Below, piece after piece: positions 1 through 9,510 of a stretch of DNA of 32,000 bases (its first letter is position 1; each line of letters starts with the position of its first letter). The stretch is from Candidatus Heimdallarchaeota archaeon. Lineage in GTDB: Archaea > Asgardarchaeota > Heimdallarchaeia > Heimdallarchaeales > Heimdallarchaeaceae. The position numbers and the translations under genes were made by a program. The stretch spans positions 34,098 through 66,097 of the forward strand of contig DAOVER010000016.1 in the NCBI GenBank assembly GCA_030668875.1. The letters run 5' to 3'. Under the pieces are notes generated by a model, which was not told the origin of the DNA, made no database searches, and saw only the letters and a program-made list of their open reading frames with translations.

Positions 1-85
1 AATTAAGATAAAATATTTTATTGATAGATCATGATGTGCCCCTGGCACTTCTAAAGAATTTGTACAGAATTCATATCATGGAGAT

Positions 86-1801
86 TTAATCATTAACTGG
101 AATAGTCCCTTTTGGGTCATTGTCTTTTATAGTTACTTCTCCACTATACCTTTCCAAAGTTTTTTTTACTATATAGAGTCCTAGGCCTGAACCAGCAGTT
201 TTTCCGTATTTGAATCCTTGTCGAAATAACTTCTTTTTGTATTTTTCAGGGATACCTTTTCCATTGTCGGCTACTTCAATCATGCAATAATTATCACAAG
301 GATCGATAGAAACTATAATTTCATCTGCTTTTCCATGTTTAATTGCATTTCCGATTAAATTATCCATAACAGAGAATATAGCATTATTTGCAATAATTAT
401 TCCATTGCCTTCAATTTTAAATGAAACTGAAGCAGTTGGGTAACCTATAATAACTTTTTCAACTATTTTCCTAACATCAATTTCTTCTAATTCCTTTTCT
501 TCAACAAGTAATCCTTCAAGGTCTTGCATTTTCTGAATAAGGTCAAAACTTTTGTCAACAGCATATTTAGTCATTTCGAGAAATGCATCATCTCTAATAT
601 CAAGGAATGCACCAAGAGAACCCTCGATTATAGAAATATTATTACCTAAATCATGACGAAGAATATCGTTAATTATCTTAAGAGATTCATTAAGTTCTTC
701 AATACGTTTTCTAGCTTGTAGTTGTTCAGTGACATCCTCAATTGTTCCAATAAAATAACGAGGTTTACCTTCAACATCGAAAACTTCCCAAACAGTTAAA
801 TGAACAGGAATAAATGATCCATCCTGTTTAATATATCTTTTTTCAACTACAGCTACAGGAAGTTCTTTGTTAATCACTTTTTGGACAGTTTCATTATTTA
901 TTTCTTTATCATCTGGATGAGTAAGGTTTCTTAACTTTCTCTCTTTTAATTCATCATAAGAATAGCCTAACATTTGAATAAGCGCTGGATTACACCTCAA
1001 TAGATTTCCTTCCGTATCTTCAAGGGCAACACCAATAGGAGAATTATCAATAATAGAACTTAGTAGTTCTTCATTTTGCTGAAGAGCTGCTTCTGCTTCT
1101 TTTCTTTTAGTAATGTCTGAAATAATTAGTAGTAAAAGATTATCATTCCTAGAAATAAAAGGAACTATGTAGTAATCTAACCAAGCTTGCTTGCCAAAAG
1201 ATGTTAAAAACACAGTGTCCAATTTTCTGATCTCATTAGAAGATAATGCTTCTTCAGCAGCTTGAAGAAGACCATGTTTTTTCCAAGACCCAATTTTTCT
1301 GAAATTCTGTTCTAAGAGTTCATCAACACTAGCACCAACTATATCTGCATGAGCTTCATTTGTAGAAACGCATTTACCTGAAGAATCATAGGTTGCGATT
1401 CCAATAGGTAAATTTTTGATAATTGAACTTAAGAATGCCTCATTTTGTTGAAGTTCGCTTTCTACTTTCTTCTGTTCTATAGCCAAAGCGTAAACAACTG
1501 CAAATTTTTCTATTATCTGAATATCCCTATCAGTGTAGTTGCGATCGGAATTAACTAATGTAATCTGACCAATAAGTTTGTTACTTATCAAGGCAGGTAC
1601 AGATAGAAAACGTTTGATTTGAATGTGACCTTTTAGAGTACTAACAGATGCTTGATGTTCTGTAGGCTCATTAGTTACTAATGATTTTTTATTCTTTAGA
1701 ACCCAGCCCCATAGACCACCAAATTTCTCATAGACTATTGCTTTAATAAAAAAATATGAACATGATAGATAAGGGTTATGAATTCCTCTACTAATTCGTG
1801 A
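86..1801 (-). pseudogene. GAF-PAS-PAS sensor histidine kinase, 5'-truncated and probably frameshifted at the extreme C-terminus
   Basis: H-box ILRHDLGNN, N-box DNLIGNAIKHG, G1 DNGKGIP, G2 GSGLGLY, two PAS domains. The frame is open upstream of the TTG at 1591 to a TAA at 1802-1804 and encodes more GAF (YEKFGGLWGWVLKNKKSLVTNEP...HIQIKRFLSVP) without any start codon. It ends in an atypical GTIPVND*, whereas another frame gives FQLMIKSP* (stop 76-78). Confidence 0.75.
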
Positions 1802-1916
1802 TTAGAACTCCCTAACCACACAAATTATCAGGTAATGGTGCAATTTGTTCTTCTGATTCAGTTCTTTGTTTGAACTCCGGAATAAATTCTTTTAACTAAA
1901 GTATATAGGAATTTAC

Positions 1917-3338
1917 TCACATAATTTTTTGAGATTTTTCTCCCCAATTAACCAATCTTCTTTCCCCTTCTAGTTTACGTATAGAGGTAACATCTTGCAT
2001 GACTTCTAATGTTCCTCTGTAAGTACCAGAACTATCTCTAATCGCAAAGTAGCGTATGTGTACAAATTTTTCTCCCATATTTATCCAGAACCCTGCAACA
2101 TCTTTTTGATCAGTTTTGAAAGCTTCAATAATTTCCATAACTTTGTCAAGACTTTTTGGTGGGTGGCATCTTTGGACTTTTCTACCAATAACACCTGGAC
2201 TGCGGGGAAATATTCGTTCTTTAGTATCTGAGTAGTATATTACTTCCTCATTCTCATTAATGAAAGATACTTCAACTGGAAGATTAGTCATAATCAAATT
2301 GATTTGCTCTAGAGTAAGTTTACCAGTTTGTACATCCAAGATATCTTCAAGCTGAGGTTTTTCTTCTACTTGATGAATTACTTCTGGAGTGACAGGTTTC
2401 CATTCGTCTCCTGGGGTGACCCACGCAAAGCCTATCTCTTCCTCACCTTTTTTCACCCTTTGCCAATCTTGACTGGTCAACAGTTCTAAACTTGTTGGGA
2501 AGAGTATTGTTTCTTCTTTAAATATCATATCTTCTACTTGTTTAGTAAATTCTTCAACATCAATTTCGCTTCCTTGACGAATCAATTCTCGAACTTCATC
2601 ATGTTTTGCCCACATTACTTGAGTTGGTCCTTCGAATTCCTTTTTCTCCAACATGGGAAACAGCTGATTTTCCAGTCTAGTATAGTGAAGCTCAATATCG
2701 GCTAGTTTTTGAACTAATTCTGGAGTTGGATTTTCTCTAATGCTTTTAATTAACTCTTCAGCAGCACGATTTTCTTCCATATAGGTATGTATTGGGTGAC
2801 CTGGAGTTTCTTGAGGTGTCTGTTTTTTTTCCAATGTATCTTCAAAGATTCCTACATGTAAATCGCATAACAATGTGATTTGTTCAACAGTTAGCTCTCC
2901 AGAATTGATCAATTCTTGTTCCATTGAAGCTATGTCTGTAGCTTCTACATCCCCTAGTATTTCTTTGAACCGAACTTTCAATGCAGATTTTTCCCCTCCT
3001 GCATGAAGCTCTAGCACAAGAGCTTTAAGCATTTCACGCTTTCTTACTTGTTCATCTTCAAAACCACTTATACCTGTTGAACCAATTTGTATGTCCACTT
3101 TGGTTTCTGTTTGTTGTTCAATTTTGATTGAGAAAAAATCTACTATAGATTTAAGATCTTGATGAATGAGGTTTGCAACATCAGTCATTGTAGCTTTTCT
3201 ACCCACAGTTTTACGAAGGATAGGGTTTTGAAAGCGTTTTAGAGTAGGATCTAATTCCGCTAATAGTTCCTCTAGAAAGGGAAATTTATCAATTAGATCT
3301 ATAATTTTTGTTGCTTCAGATATAATATAGTTTGACAC
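1917..3338 (-). CDS. DUF438 family protein (DUF1858-like N-terminus, DUF438, hemerythrin-like HHE domain, C-terminal PAS)
   Basis: Motifs NPILRKTVG, DIASMEQELI, GHPIHTYMEEN, HYTRLENQLFPMLE, WAKHDEVR, and PAS LPVEVSFINENEEVIYYS...VIGRKVQRCHPPKS; GTG start. Confidence 0.88.
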   Translation of the reverse strand: MSNYIISEATKIIDLIDKFPFLEELLAELDPTLKRFQNPILRKTVGRKATMTDVANLIHQDLKSIVDFFSIKIEQQTETKVDIQIGSTGISGFEDEQVRKREMLKALVLELHAGGEKSALKVRFKEILGDVEATDIASMEQELINSGELTVEQITLLCDLHVGIFEDTLEKKQTPQETPGHPIHTYMEENRAAEELIKSIRENPTPELVQKLADIELHYTRLENQLFPMLEKKEFEGPTQVMWAKHDEVRELIRQGSEIDVEEFTKQVEDMIFKEETILFPTSLELLTSQDWQRVKKGEEEIGFAWVTPGDEWKPVTPEVIHQVEEKPQLEDILDVQTGKLTLEQINLIMTNLPVEVSFINENEEVIYYSDTKERIFPRSPGVIGRKVQRCHPPKSLDKVMEIIEAFKTDQKDVAGFWINMGEKFVHIRYFAIRDSSGTYRGTLEVMQDVTSIRKLEGERRLVNWGEKSQKIM

Positions 3339-3519
3339 AGTAAATCACTCTTGACATTTTGCGAACCATCAAATAAAAAACATATGGTTTGGTCAAAAAT
3401 TTTCTGCAACTTATTAATTTCTTAGAAATACCATGATACTGATGACAAAGTAGTATGTCTGATAGAAACTGACTATGTAGCTTTCTACCAAATAATTATT
3501 CTTAAGTAAATAACACAAA

Positions 3520-3527
3520 TTAATATA
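3520..3527 (+). promoter_or_regulatory. Archaeal TATA box (TTAATATA) of SDR copy 1, probably giving a leaderless transcript
   Basis: Lies 22 nt upstream of ATG 3550; the same octamer is at the same spacing before SDR copy 2 although the flanks have diverged. Confidence 0.6.
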
Positions 3528-3549
3528 CGACTTATTTTTTCTATTTTTA

Positions 3550-4404
3550 ATGAATAATAAAAATGTCATTGTTACTGGAGCTAATGCAGGAATTGGGAAA
3601 GAAACTGCCTTTAGGTTAGCTGAAATGGGAGCTCATGTTATACTAGTCTGTAGAAACGAGAGAAAGGGTATCAAAGTTCTGGAAGAGATAAAAGAGAAAA
3701 CAAGTAATGAAAATCTAGATTTGATGATCTGCGATTTTGCTTCTTTGAAGTCAATTAATGATTTTGTGAAGAGTTTTAAGAAGAAATACAAGCAGCTTGA
3801 TGTTCTAATCAATAACCATGGAGCTTTCTCAATAAGAAAGGCATTAACAGAAGATGGTGTTGAAACAACTTTTGCTGTTAATCATATTGGATATTTCAGC
3901 TTAACTTTACAACTACTAGATTTACTCAAAGCAAGTTCATACTCCAGAATAGTTAATGTGGCTTCAAGCTCAAATTATAGTGTGAAATCATTAAACATTA
4001 ATGATTATAATTGGGAGAAAAGAAGATATAAGATGATGGATGCTTATGCAGAATCAAAGATATAAAACATTATGTTCACTTTTCTGTTATCTGAAAAATT
4101 GAAGGGAACGAGAGTAACTGCAAACTGTCTTCATCCAGGTTATGTAAAAACTAATGTTGGACTGAACCATTTTCTGCTTAGGTTAATTGCACCATTAGTT
4201 AAAGTGGGAGCTATATCTACTGAAGAAGGAGCTAAAACTTCGTTATACTTGGCAACATCAGAAGAGGTTGAAGGAGTAACAGGAGTATATTATCACAGAA
4301 TGAAACTAAGAGAACCAAATATACTAGCACTAGATAAGAAAGCTCAACAAGAGTTATGGGACATGAGTTTGAAACTTACGGAACTTTCCTCAAATTTAAT
4401 TTGA
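3550..4404 (+). pseudogene. Short-chain dehydrogenase/reductase (retinol dehydrogenase-like classical SDR), copy 1, interrupted by an in-frame TAA
   Basis: TGANAGIG, NNHG and YAESK motifs. ORFs 3550-4065 and 4072-4404 are in the same frame, and TAA at 4063-4065 aligns with TAC (Tyr) of the intact paralog (ESKLYNIM vs ESKI*NIM). Confidence 0.88.
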
Positions 4405-4540
4405 TATTTTATCATTTTGATCTGAAACACGCTTCAATTAACATTTGTTAAGATAATATTTTACTATTTTAGGTGGATTTTGATTCCATAGTTATTTATA
4501 ACCATACGATAAAATAATCTTTGATGCAAAGGGTGTTTAG

Positions 4541-5803
4541 ATGAAAATAAACAAAAAAAGTTTATTCACGATAGGAATACTGGTTTTCTTTAGTTTTTCA
4601 ATTATCTCACCAGTATTTTGTAAAGCTACAGCAGCTCATGATGTGATATGGGATTTAGAGCAGGATAATTATCTTCTAAAAAACTTCTATGTTGATGAAG
4701 ATGATAATTTCTATTTCTCTTACAAAAATACAGATGAAAATCAGTTCTATTTTACTAAAATTTCAGATGAAGGAGTAAATTATTATACAAAAAATCTTGA
4801 TTCAGAACCTTCTTTCTATAGCTATTTTGTCGATGATTCAATTAGTTACTTTTTTGTTTCTATCGATAAACAAATATTTCCTGGAGATAATGTATTAGGA
4901 AGAGAATTTACAATTGTCAAATATACAAATGAGTTGATTTTAGATTCCATATTTCACATAAATCTCTCAAGTTATTTCGAAGGTAATTTGGTAGGAAATC
5001 TTCGATATGTAGATAGTGATTGCGTTTATATCGATATAAGGGAGTATCAAACAGAGCTTACTGATTTAGATAGTCTTCAATTAGCCAAATTCAATACTCA
5101 AGGTGAGCGGTTATGGAATAGAACGATTGCACTTAATCCCGATAGAAAATTCTTTAGCTTTTGCAAAAACAATCTAGAAAATGTTTATGTAGAGCATGAA
5201 GGAGTTCTCTATTACTTCAATGGTGAAGATGGATCGGAACTTTGGAAGAAAGAAATCATATTAGATGATCCTGGTTTAATTGCGTTTGAAGAAAATGTTC
5301 TGATGGTAAAGTATACACAAGATGGAAATTTAGCTCTATATCTTGTCAATGTTAATCAAAATATTGAATGGGAGTATATTATTCAAAAAACCATGACAGA
5401 TAGCTATTTTGAAATTCAAAATGTTTACATAAAAGACTTATCTATCGGTGTTTCACTTAAAGAATTAAAATTTGATAGTGCAAAAGAAACAATGACAAAT
5501 ATATTTCATTTAAAGATTCTAAATGCAACAAAAGATGTTCTTTATGAAGAAAAAATTGAGAGAATGGATAACGTTGAGACTCATGCTGATATATTTAGGA
5601 ATATCAAAATATATCCTACATCGGATGGAAATTTTTATCTTTACGAATTAATGAAAGATAGAGTTAATGATTTCGCAAAAAATACTATTCAGTACTGTAT
5701 ACCAAGAGCTAATTTTAGTTCAGGGTTCACGATATTTGCTTCGCTCACAAGTGTCAGTATTCTAGTTCTATTGGTTATCTACAGACGAAGAACATCAAAG
5801 TAA
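4541..5803 (+). CDS. Secreted/surface protein with beta-propeller-like (PQQ/WD-like) repeats and a C-terminal membrane anchor, copy 1
   Basis: N-terminal basic plus hydrophobic signal; repeats such as AKFNTQGERLWNRTI and YYFNGEDGSELWKK; C-terminal TM plus basic tail (SILVLLVIYRRRTSK); paralog at 8209. Confidence 0.7.
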   Translation: MKINKKSLFTIGILVFFSFSIISPVFCKATAAHDVIWDLEQDNYLLKNFYVDEDDNFYFSYKNTDENQFYFTKISDEGVNYYTKNLDSEPSFYSYFVDDSISYFFVSIDKQIFPGDNVLGREFTIVKYTNELILDSIFHINLSSYFEGNLVGNLRYVDSDCVYIDIREYQTELTDLDSLQLAKFNTQGERLWNRTIALNPDRKFFSFCKNNLENVYVEHEGVLYYFNGEDGSELWKKEIILDDPGLIAFEENVLMVKYTQDGNLALYLVNVNQNIEWEYIIQKTMTDSYFEIQNVYIKDLSIGVSLKELKFDSAKETMTNIFHLKILNATKDVLYEEKIERMDNVETHADIFRNIKIYPTSDGNFYLYELMKDRVNDFAKNTIQYCIPRANFSSGFTIFASLTSVSILVLLVIYRRRTSK

Positions 5804-6004
5804 CTCCTCTTCCTTCTTTGCTTTTATTTTATTATTTCTATAGCTAATCCAGTGAATTTCGTCCCCTAGTAAATCTGATATGATTTTTGAGGATTTGACT
5901 CCTTTGGAGAGATTCTGCATTTTAACTAGAACCCATTCGAATGAGTCTTTCATCTTGATTTGTATAAATAATCTCACCGCTAACTCATAGAATAGTAATA
6001 TGTA
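5795..6004 (-). pseudogene. 3'-terminal remnant of the HGSNAT/DUF1624-like gene that is intact at 9503-10921
   Basis: Translates YILLFYELAVRLFIQIKMKDSFEW...SSKIISDLLGDEIHWISY, collinear with the end of the 472-aa protein; similarity stops at about 6006 (vs 9714). Confidence 0.85.
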
Positions 6005-6069
6005 AGTTCGAAGAAAATAAGTTTGTTAAATCTGTTGGAAATATATTTATTCTCTCTATTATATATTCA

Positions 6070-7176
6070 ATGGAGATGAAAATAAGTGAGCAAGAATCTC
6101 TGATAAATCACACTCACTATAACAATACAGATTCCTTTGAGGAGAAAAAAGAAGAATCACTAACAGAGATAGATAAGAAAAAGAAGCGTTATTTGAGTAT
6201 AGATCTTTTTAGAGGACTAGCAATAGTAGGAATGGTTTTCGTAAATATCCTAGCTGAATTTGATAATACTCCTGATTGGTCTAAACACACAGTAGATTAT
6301 GGATTAACATATGTAGATTTAGTCGCTCCCTTCTTCATTTTCGCTATAGCTTTAACGTACAAGATGTCTTTTGATAGATATCTAAAAAGAGAAGGATACG
6401 TGAAAACTTATACGAAATTTGTTGTTCGTTATGGTGCATTAGTAGGTTTTGGATTTATGGGAAGCATAGGAACATTTGCTACTGATGGAACAAAATTTTC
6501 TTGGGGTGTTTTACAAGCTATAGGCTATGCAGGTATTTTTACTCTATTCTTCATTATTCTACCAAGAATTGTTAGATTTGTAATTGGTATAGGTACATTA
6601 GTAGCTTACCAATTCATTCTTATGATTACTGTTGAAGTTGAAGGTGTTTTTATCTCCTTAGCAGACTTGAATCTTCTAGACAGTCATGGAGGGGTCATAG
6701 GTGGGATTGGTTATGCAGCTCTGATGCTAATTGGCACTGCTATTATAGATGTTTTTAGTGAAAAAAGAAAGTTACCTATTCTCGTTAGTGGGATTGTCTT
6801 TTCGATAGTCGGAACAGCAGTTCATTTTATTTGGAAGTTCTGTGAAATTCCACTATATGGCGGAATATCTAAAGAGAGAATGACTCCTTCATATGTGTCT
6901 GTGGCAATGGGTTTAGGAGCAATATTGTTCTGGTTAATCTGGTATCTTTTCGACAAAAAAGAAATAACTAAAGACAAAAGTTACTTCCTTCAACCATTTG
7001 GAAGAAATGCATTTTTCTTGTACATTTGTCATCCGCTCTTAATTCTGTTAGCAACTCTTTACCTCCCTCAGAACAGTCATGTAGCTCTGGTGACATTTGT
7101 AGTTGTAATGAATGTAGGTATTATTTGGTTAATAGCTTTTATGATGGATAGAAATAAAATATACATAGTTCTCTAA
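6070..7176 (+). CDS. Heparan-alpha-glucosaminide N-acetyltransferase-like (HGSNAT/DUF1624/DUF5009) membrane protein
   Basis: RYLSIDLFRGLAIVGMVFVN, H..DYGLTYVDLVAPFFIF, GVLQAIG, ISKERMTPSYV; multiple TM segments. Confidence 0.8.
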   Translation: MEMKISEQESLINHTHYNNTDSFEEKKEESLTEIDKKKKRYLSIDLFRGLAIVGMVFVNILAEFDNTPDWSKHTVDYGLTYVDLVAPFFIFAIALTYKMSFDRYLKREGYVKTYTKFVVRYGALVGFGFMGSIGTFATDGTKFSWGVLQAIGYAGIFTLFFIILPRIVRFVIGIGTLVAYQFILMITVEVEGVFISLADLNLLDSHGGVIGGIGYAALMLIGTAIIDVFSEKRKLPILVSGIVFSIVGTAVHFIWKFCEIPLYGGISKERMTPSYVSVAMGLGAILFWLIWYLFDKKEITKDKSYFLQPFGRNAFFLYICHPLLILLATLYLPQNSHVALVTFVVVMNVGIIWLIAFMMDRNKIYIVL

Positions 7177-7225
7177 TCTTCATTTGATTATGTAGCTTAA
7201 AAAGAATAAGAAGTAATTCCAAGTA

Positions 7226-7233
7226 TTAATATA
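7226..7233 (+). promoter_or_regulatory. Archaeal TATA box (TTAATATA) of SDR copy 2
   Basis: 21 nt upstream of ATG 7255; conserved with copy 1. Confidence 0.6.
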
Positions 7234-7254
7234 CTCATCAAAATTTGTCCTTTT

Positions 7255-8109
7255 ATGAAAGACAAAATTATCCTCGTTACTGGAGCAAATGCAGGAATAG
7301 GGAAAGAAACTGCTCTCAAGTTAGCTGAAATGGGAACTCAAGTTATATTAGTCTGCAGAAATGAGAAAAAGGGGATCAGTGCTCTTGAGGAGATAAGAGA
7401 GAAAACCAGTAATGATAATCTTGATTTAATGATTTGTGATTTTGCTTCTTTGAATTCAATTAATGATTTTGTGAAAAGTTTTAAGAAGAAATACAAACAA
7501 CTTGATGTTTTAATTAATAACCATGGAGCTGTCTCAATAAGAAAGGCATTAACTGAAGATGGAGTTGAAACAACTTTTGCTGTTAATCATCTTGGTTATT
7601 TCAGTTTGACTTTACAACTTCTGGATTTATTGAAAACTAGCTCATATTCCAGAATTGTTAATGTAGCTTCAAGCTCAAATTACAGAGTTAAGGAATTGAA
7701 CATCACTGATTATAATTGGGATAAGAGAAAATACAAAATGATGGATGCTTATGGTGAATCAAAACTATACAATATTATGTTTACCTTTTTACTTTCTGAA
7801 AAACTGAAAGATACAAACGTTACAGCTAATTGCCTCCATCCCGGTTATGTTAAAACTAATATTGGTTTGAATCACTTCTTGTTAAGAATGCTTCGCCCAC
7901 TTGTAAAGGTGGGAGCAGTTTCCCTAGAAGAAGGTGCACAAACAACCTTACATTTAGCTACATCATCAGAGATGGAAGGAGTTACTGGAGTATATTATCA
8001 CAGAATGAAACTAAGAGAACCAAATAAATTAGCTTTAGATCAGAAAGCTCAGCAAAAATTGTGGGATTTAAGTTTAGAATTAACTGGTTTAACTAAAGAT
8101 TTAGTGTGA
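7255..8109 (+). CDS. Short-chain dehydrogenase/reductase (retinol dehydrogenase-like SDR), intact copy 2
   Basis: TGANAGIG Rossmann motif, NNHG, VNVASSS, catalytic YGESK, LHPGYVKT. Confidence 0.93.
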   Translation: MKDKIILVTGANAGIGKETALKLAEMGTQVILVCRNEKKGISALEEIREKTSNDNLDLMICDFASLNSINDFVKSFKKKYKQLDVLINNHGAVSIRKALTEDGVETTFAVNHLGYFSLTLQLLDLLKTSSYSRIVNVASSSNYRVKELNITDYNWDKRKYKMMDAYGESKLYNIMFTFLLSEKLKDTNVTANCLHPGYVKTNIGLNHFLLRMLRPLVKVGAVSLEEGAQTTLHLATSSEMEGVTGVYYHRMKLREPNKLALDQKAQQKLWDLSLELTGLTKDLV

Positions 8110-8208
8110 ATTATCTTGAATTGTTTAGAAATCTTTAAACCTAATAAATAATTCAATTAACATTAAATAATTCCATGTACAAATCTATCTTGACAAATCG
8201 GTGTTTAT

Positions 8209-9510
8209 ATGAGAATACATAAAAAAAATCTTTTTGCTTCTGGAGTATTGGTTTTTCTTTTTCTTTTAGTTATCTCACCAATGTTCTGTACAGCAGAAGC
8301 TTACAGTGTTCGATGGGAAATAGAACTGGAGACAAATTCACCCCGTGGCTTCTCCGTTGATATTGATGATAATCTTCATTTCTCTTATTGGAATTCTGAC
8401 ATAAGTAACAACTACTTCTCTAAAATTTCAAAGGAAGGATTAGAACTTTTTGATAAAGCTCTTAATCCACAACCTAGCTTCAACACATATCTAATTGATG
8501 ATTTTGGTAAATACTTTTTTGTATCTATCGAAGAAATGATAAATACTTGGAGTGGATATTTGGGTAAGGAATTTACAATAGCACAATATTCTGATGAACT
8601 CATCTATATTTCGACATTTAATATAAATCTTTCAAGCTACTTTGAAGGGGAATTTCTTGGAAATCTTAAATATGTTGATAGTGATTGTATCTATTTTGCT
8701 ATATTGGAATATCAAGGAGAATACGATGAATTGAACACTGAATTAGATTGCATTCAGTTAGCTAAATTTAGTACTACAGGAGAGAAACTTTGGAATAGAA
8801 CAATAGCCCTTAATCCAGATAGCACTATTTTTGGTTTTTGTAAAAACAGTTATGGAAATGTCTATGTTGAGAATGAAGGAGTTCTGTATTACCTTGATGA
8901 TGAAAATGGAATGGATATTTGGCAAAATACTATTTTAATAGATGATCCAACCATCTCACTAAACTCTGTTGAGAGTAAATATTTGATGGCGTTTGAAGAA
9001 AATACTTTGCTGGTAGTTATTACTCTTGGTTTAAGACTATTTACGAAATTTTGTAAAGTAGATGGGACTTTTGATTGGGAGATGAAACTTGAAACAGAGA
9101 ATACTAATCGTGTTTTTACCAGCAAAAGTATTGCTGTTGAAGATGATTTTTTGGGTATCACTACTCTTGAAGAAGACTTTGTTTATGATGAAAGAGAGAA
9201 AACAAATATATTCCATTTACATCTATTAAACTCTGCAAAAGAAGTTCTTTATGAAGAAAGAATAGAGATAATAGATGAAGTTGATGCAAGTTCAGATATA
9301 TTCAGACTCATTAGAATTCTCCCTACTTCAGAAGGACATTTTTACCGTTACGATTTAACGAGAGACTTTGTGAATGATATAGTTGAAAGCACAATCAAGT
9401 ATTGTATACCAAAAACTAATTTTATCACAGGTTATACATTAATAATCTCCATTTCAAGTATTAGTATACTCGTTTTATTAGTTGTTTATAGGCGGAAAAC
9501 ATCTAAATAA
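8209..9510 (+). CDS. Secreted/surface beta-propeller-like protein with C-terminal membrane anchor, copy 2
   Basis: Signal peptide, AKFSTTGEKLWNRTIALNPD shared with copy 1, C-terminal TM plus YRRKTSK. Confidence 0.7.
   Translation: MRIHKKNLFASGVLVFLFLLVISPMFCTAEAYSVRWEIELETNSPRGFSVDIDDNLHFSYWNSDISNNYFSKISKEGLELFDKALNPQPSFNTYLIDDFGKYFFVSIEEMINTWSGYLGKEFTIAQYSDELIYISTFNINLSSYFEGEFLGNLKYVDSDCIYFAILEYQGEYDELNTELDCIQLAKFSTTGEKLWNRTIALNPDSTIFGFCKNSYGNVYVENEGVLYYLDDENGMDIWQNTILIDDPTISLNSVESKYLMAFEENTLLVVITLGLRLFTKFCKVDGTFDWEMKLETENTNRVFTSKSIAVEDDFLGITTLEEDFVYDEREKTNIFHLHLLNSAKEVLYEERIEIIDEVDASSDIFRLIRILPTSEGHFYRYDLTRDFVNDIVESTIKYCIPKTNFITGYTLIISISSISILVLLVVYRRKTSK

Noticed and set aside
1813-1897. 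Frame LKEFIPEFKQRTESEEQIAPLPDNLCG* between the DUF438 gene and the kinase
   Set aside because: No start codon or recognisable family; too short to support
4063-4065. Programmed readthrough or recoding in SDR copy 1
   Set aside because: The stop is TAA (not a Sec or Pyl codon) and aligns with TAC in an intact paralog; a simple nonsense mutation is sufficient
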